From the NCBI RefSeq assembly GCF_009914755.1, contig NC_060933.1: a stretch of 64,000 nt of DNA. One strand, given 5' to 3'. The notes under the pieces are model-generated. The model worked only from the letters and a program-made list of their open reading frames with translations. It was not told the DNA's origin and searched no databases. The stretch is from the human T2T-CHM13v2.0 reference genome, Homo sapiens. A program made the position numbers and the translations under genes. This document shows positions 55,797 through 64,000 of the stretch, piece after piece. The stretch's first letter is position 1. The number at the start of each line of letters is the position of its first letter.

Positions 55797-56657
55797 CTGT
55801 GGTGAAAAAAAAGGAGATCAATTCTCTAAATGTCCACCAAACCTACTTGGATCTATGACTTGCTCCCCTGTCCTAGAACTCTTGATTCTGAGAGTTGAGA
55901 TGACATTGCTTTCTTGCAAGACAGCAGGATCAGCTGAGGGCAAGGCAGGGGATTGGCAGGGCCAAGAGCCTCCCTGCAGGTGGGACTGAAGCCAGTGGAA
56001 AGGGACAGGAACGCCTGGTGACGGTCACTCAGTGCTGGCCCGATACTCAGCCTGTGCCCTGTGAGGAAACCGTCGGCCCAGCTGGCGCAGGTGCAGGGCA
56101 AGCTGAAGACCCTCTCTGGCTTCACTGAAGAAAACAGAATCATCTGAGGCTCCACCCCCATGAGTCTGCCAGCCCCCAGTGGAGGCATGGCTGCCACACA
56201 GCGTCTGCGGCGGCCATCACTGTCCTCCCCAGGCAGGAGGAGCCGTGGGATGGACCGGAGATGCCCTCCAGAACAGCTCCTGGCTACAGGGCCTAGAGGT
56301 CAGGCGTCAGCTGTCCCTACTCTCACACAAGTGTGAGCCTTGGTGCGGACACCACACTAGAGAAATACCTCTGAGCCGGACACACACAGGATGGGAGACA
56401 CACATGCTGGCTGCTGGGGAAAAGCCACCATGCCCTGGTCAGCACAGAACTCTCTGGAAGACACCCCAAGAGGTTCATTCCTAAAATGAAACAGGGCTTA
56501 TAGCAGTGCCCTTAGGTTGGACTGGCATCAGATGAAGTTGGAAGCCAGCCGTCCTCCCACCCCGGCACAGCACGTGCCTGCCCTGCCTGCTGCGGCGTCC
56601 ACGTGAGCACTGCAAACACTTTTCTTTTTTAACTTAGAATGTTCTGACCCAAAATAA

Positions 56658-56929
<272 letters not shown>

Positions 56930-57222
56930 GGGTTCAGAATTCTATCTAAACGTTTTGCCAAACTCAGGGCCGGATTGACGTTTTCCCAGGGGTATCTATC
57001 TTTTCAATCCTGCCTTCAGATGGCTTTCCAACTCTTACTTGGAAATAATTTTTGATTTACAGAAAAAATGCAAAATAGTGCAGTCCTACAGACCCGCTCA
57101 CCGGCTTCCCCAAATCCTCCCAGAGAATCTCCTCTTGCTGCCCCGCCCCGCAGGAACCCCCCCACAGCAATCCCCCACACGGGGACCCCATGCACCCGCC
57201 GCCGCTCTGGGCTGACACTCAC

Positions 57223-57330
57223 GTCTCTCATGTTGGTCTGGACCGCGGCCCGGTCCATGTTGTAGGAGGGCAGGTTGGCGGTGGCCCGCAGTATGGCCTC
57301 TTTATCTGGAGCTTTCTGGTCTTGTTTTTT
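57223..57330 (-). CDS. UBAC1: UBAC1 coding exon 4
   Basis: GTAG|AAA...GAC|GTGAGT; [36 protein letters not shown]; 108 nt, phase 0/0. Confidence 0.95.
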
Positions 57331-58224
57331 CTACACAGAAACGTAATCAGAAAGTCTGAGGTGAACGTAAGAGCAGCAAAAAGACGATGACAACTGAATC
57401 AGCGGAGCTCTGCCCAAGAAAGACTCCGTCTCCTTTAGGAGCCAGAGGTGTAAACTCCTTGATGAGTTGGGGGAGCCTGGAGAGTTCTGTGCAAGGCCCA
57501 GGGACAGCAGACGTGTCCTCAGCGTCTGCTCTGACGTAAATAAGAGTGAAGCGGTAGGTGAGGGGCAGAGCAGGAGCAAGGGTCACAGAACGACAACCAC
57601 ACAGGGACCGTGGCAGGGCTGGGGCAAGGGAGGCGACTCCAGAAGAACCACCCAGGCTGCAGCTGAGCCCCGAGGCCAAAACCACGAACTCATCTCTGCT
57701 CCTTCTGGAAGCTCCTGAAGGGCAGTCATGGCAGTAGAAACTCACGAGAACAAAAGTGATGGGAGAGGAACAGAACCGGAAGAGTGACAGCACATTCTCA
57801 GAAGACGGCAGAGGACGAGGATGGAGGGATCAGCGGAGCTACAAAGGCTCAGGCCAAGAGCAGAGCATGGACGCAAGACCATTCCAGCCTCCTAGAACTG
57901 CATCGGTGGCAGGGGACAAGGAGCGAGCCTCAGGAGCTAGCGCTCCATCCCCCGCCACCCTGCCCTGTGCTCCCCTGCCATCCAGTCCTGCCGGCAACTC
58001 CCAGAGAGCTGGGCTTGAGACCCCGGGCCAGGAGCCCTAGGCTCATGAGAGGGAAAGCGGCACCCCAGCACCCTCCACAGGGAGACCCAGTGGCAGGGGA
58101 GCAGGGCAGACACAGCCAAGAGGTGGGAGGGGGCAAAATGGCAGGGTCCACACCCAAAGCGCAGTGCCCCAGCCAGCCACCCAGTCCCAAAGCGCTGCTA
58201 TCAAGATCCAGGGCCTCTGGAAGG

Positions 58225-58499
58225 TGACACATGCCTGTAATCCCAGCACTTTGGGAGGCCAAGGTGGGTGAATTACTTGGGGTCAGGAGTTCGAGACCAG
58301 CATGGCCAACATGGTGAAACCCCATCTCTACTAAAAAGACAAAAATAAGCCCGGTGTCCTGGTGCACACCTGTAATCCCAGCTACCCGGGAGGCTGAGGC
58401 AGGAGAATCACTTGAACCTGGGAGGTGAGCTGAGATCACACCACCGCACTCAAGCCTGGGTGAGTGACAGTGAGACACCATCTCAAAAAAAAAAAAAAA
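58225..58499 (+). mobile_element. AluS
   Basis: Alu consensus with A tail. Confidence 0.85.
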
Positions 58500-59199
58500 G
58501 GAACAACAGAAAGCAGCACAAAGTGAGGAGTCAGCAGGGAAGAGGATAGTGTTTATGAGCCAGGACACACGGCCCACGGAGGAACACACCAGAACACTAG
58601 AAGACATCATCTGAGGAGGAGAACTGGCCTAGGAATTTAAACATGTTACAGCCAGATCAAAGAGGCTACAGAATGCTTAGAAGATAAAATCAAGGAATCC
58701 CTCAGAAAACACGCCTACCAGCCAACTCATAAGAGTTACAGAAAGAGAAAAGAAAACAAGGAGATCAAAAAACCAATTCAGAACATTTTCCAGGACTAAA
58801 TTTCCCAGAACTCAAACATCTGAATCTCCAGAGTCAATGTGCCGGACATAGCAAAGAGAAAAAGACCTGCAGCAGAGACACCATGGAATATTCCAGAACA
58901 CTAAAGCACACCAGATGGCAGAAGGTTCTACAAGGAGCAGAGGAAGGGGAGGCGGCTGGTGCAGGGAGGAGCGGCTCAGAGCTGCCTCACGTACTGCATA
59001 CGGCTGGCACCCCCTCCACAGCTGCTGCGCTGGAATACGAGGCCTCCAGACAGTTTCCCCTCCTGGCACCCGAGGAAGTCAGGCTCCACCAGACCAAGGG
59101 ACAGATCGAGAAGAACAAGACACCTGGTCCTGCGGCAGGCAGAACTCGAGGACGGCCGCACGCTCCCCGGGCCTGGCAGTTGCCCGTGCGTGGCTGCAC

Positions 59200-59720
59200 A
59201 GCATGAGCAGGACACAGTCCACTCTGGGGTCAGGTTACATCACGCGGCACAGCCGACTGTGGGGAAAGAGTATGATCCTTGGTGGGCCTCAACTAATCAG
59301 GCAGGTCCTTAAAAGGGATGGGTCTCTTTCTGGAAAGAGAGATTCAACACTTCAGAAGTCCTGTTGCTGGCTCTGAAGGAGGAGGAGGCTGTGCGGGTAG
59401 GAATGCAGGCCGCGCCCAGGCCCTGAGAGCAGCCCCCAGCTGGCCGCCAGCAAGAAAATGGGTCGGAACTGGACTCTGCCAACCGCCGGAAGACCTCAGA
59501 AGCAGAATCTTCCCCAGCCTCAGAAAGGAAGGCAGCCCTTCAGCACCCTGAACACAGCCCTTCGGCACCCTGATTTCAGCTCGAGACCCTGAGCACAGAA
59601 ACCAGCTGAGCTCACCCAGCCAGACTTCTGCCCTACAGAACTGCGAGCTACAAGCGGAGTGCTGTTTTAAGCAGCTACATGTGTGGCGATTTGTTAGGTG
59701 GCAACGGAAAACTTGCATAG
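59200..59720 (+). mobile_element. MLT1-family MaLR LTR (MLT1E/F-like)
   Basis: CAGACTTCTGCCCTACAGAACTGCGAG...TGTTTTAAGCAGCTACATGTGTGGCGATTTGTTA. Confidence 0.7.
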
Positions 59721-60236
59721 ACTTAGCAAACTCTAACACGGGAAAGAGGCAGGAAAGCCAGGCTGTGCAGCAGGCCTGGAAGGCAGCGACTCAGACAGAT
59801 GCGCAGGCCAGAGGGATCTGGAGGGAGGGAACACCCCAGTGACCTAACATCTGTGACCACGTTTCCAGAAGCTTTATCGGCTCTGTGGAAGAGCATGAAA
59901 AAATCAGCGATAAGCCTATAAGAAACTCAACAAGCAAACAAAAGGAAGAGGCAAATATTAATTCCAGGAAAAATACAGCTGTGTAAGAAGGATAGATAAT
60001 CTTAATCTATTTTGCTCACAGCTGAAAACCACACTTCAATTATACTAGTAATGAAAACCCTGAGATCTTCAACATTATGATCTAACCCTCAAGGGAGGAG
60101 AGAGGGAGGTACTATAGCCTCTTCATTAAGAAGTCAATAGAGACTAAAGTTGGTCATTCAAGGAATAATAATATACACATATTATTTATAAATCAGGAAG
60201 AGAATTGTTAAAAATAACAAGAGTTATGAGTGGTTG

Positions 60237-61297
<1,061 letters not shown>

Positions 61298-62118
61298 TTA
61301 CAATGTTTCAGTTTGCAAATATTTGAAGAGAAAAGGTAAGCTCCTCAGGTTAGCTCCAAGCTACCCATCCAAGAGGCTGTGGGGCAACGGGTGTATGGTC
61401 AGACCCCGCTGTTTATATTAGTTACGGGCCTGTAAGTCTGAACACCAACGGTCAAACTGTAATCTGAGAACTGTGAATGCTGCCTGCAGCAGTTCCCAGA
61501 AACAGGCCTGACTCAGGGACAGGCGGAGGCAGGCCCAGATCTGTCCGCTGCAGATGGGTGGGGCGGCAGCCTGTGTGTCACTCATGCGTGGCCAGGTGTG
61601 GCTGAAGATAAGGAGGGGACCCAAGCCCAGGGTGCTCTTCCTGGGTACCCATGGTCCCAGATGAAACCCAAAAATAGCTTATGCACTACCAGGCATGGGC
61701 CTAGCCCAAAAGAGTTTGACCTGCTCTTTCTCTGGGGTGAACACTCTCCTTAGCCTTTCAAAGCACGAGTAAGAAATTCTACCCTTGAGATGAGTAATGC
61801 AAAGACAGCAGAGGAAAGTGGCTGCCCTTCTAGCTGGCAGGCTCCATGCTCGGCACGGGCTCAGGCCCTGCTGTGGGGTAGGACACGCCACTTGCAGAAC
61901 GCATCTTCCTCTGCTCAGTGAGCTTTCCAAAACATGAGCTTCTAGGGCAGCCAGTAAACAACACACTGCACGGTGTTCCTAAGGTACACGTGCAAGTGGA
62001 CGGTGCAGACCATGAATCAATAACGTGTGAGTGAATGTAAACACCAACGACATCCAGTTCTGTTTTGCAAGAAATAGACAAGACAGGCAGAACTCAGCCT
62101 CTCTCAGCATTAACAGTG

Positions 62119-62324
62119 CAGCTGAGTATCCCTCATCTGAAATGCCCGGGACCAGAACTGTTTCGGATTTCGGGTTTTTTCAGATTTGGGAATATTTGCA
62201 TTCCAAATAATCAACTCAAAAAGCACCAACGAGCACTTCCATTAAGTGTCATTTTGGCACTCAAAAAGTTTCAGACTGCGCTGCATTTCTGCGTTTGGAT
62301 TTTCCGATGGGGATGCTGAGGCTG
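62119..62324. mobile_element. Tigger4/MER46-like DNA transposon
   Basis: CAGCTGAGTATCCCTCATCTGAAATGCCCGGGACCAGAA ... TTTTCCGATGGGGATGCTGAGGCTG inverted termini. Confidence 0.75.
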
Positions 62325-62701
62325 TGCGGTGTGAGGTGGGGCTTGTCGCGAGTGCTCCCTCACCGGCCACTCTCTGCATGCGCAGCCCTTATTCTGTGTG
62401 GTGGTTGGTTACCCACTTTCCTCCGTTTTTCTGTCAGGACTGACTTGGCTGCTTGAAAAGAGGAGGGAACAGGAGCACACGCAGGTGAAGGCGGACAGCA
62501 GCGCGGGAGTGAACCGTCACGCAGGATGTGTCCCTACCCTCCTCTCTGTCTCAGAAAACTCAGAGGCAGGTTTTCCGTGCTGGTCCCGTGAGCAGGGAGG
62601 GACCAGGACTGACACGGATTAAACAGGCTCTGCCGGGAGAGAGAACCCCTTATAACCACATCTACTGTAAATGGCGAATGCGTGGGTTGGTGAACAACTA
62701 G

Positions 62702-63873
<1,172 letters not shown>

Positions 63874-64000
63874 AGCATGGGTTCCTTTGGTCCCCCCAAA
63901 CCAAGCATCTACACCAGCCTTCCCTCACTTTTGCATGATATCTGCATGGCCCTAGCTGAGGTACAAGCTCCCAGGCCTGGCACGAACCCCCAGGTGACCC

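Noticed and set aside
58906-58919. CTCF-like motif ACACCAGATGGCAG (weaker matches near 38280 and 42775)
   Set aside because: Such matches are common by chance in GC-rich DNA and cannot be supported without ChIP data

Overview
Human (primate) genomic DNA that I recognise from the encoded peptides as the CAMSAP1-UBAC1 locus (9q34.3, from recall). Both genes are on the minus strand. Bases 1-16421 are the 5' part of CAMSAP1 intron 1. The first coding exon (16422-16581) lies in a CpG island whose promoter carries a five-copy NRF1/ETS/GC-box-like module. About 25 kb of repeat-rich intergenic DNA follows. UBAC1 (KPC2) then contributes its poly(A) signal, 3'UTR and eight coding exons (exons 3-10, numbering from recall), all phase-consistent with GT-AG boundaries. 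Much of the window is Alu, L1, L2, MaLR/ERV LTR and Tigger-type DNA transposon sequence; family names and most repeat boundaries are by-eye and approximate. I found no new gene or multi-gene system, and nearly all ORFs in the supplied track are repeat or GC-content artefacts. The best unexplained structures are: (1) swapped target-site duplications recording an Alu-Alu inversion at 18.9-19.5 kb; (2) a 20-bp tandem array of decoy 5' splice sites abutting the UBAC1 exon 8 donor; (3) a uORF, a candidate 146-nt leader intron and a tandem in-frame donor around CAMSAP1 exon 1; (4) inverted Alus bracketing UBAC1 exon 3; (5) several short non-tandem duplications.
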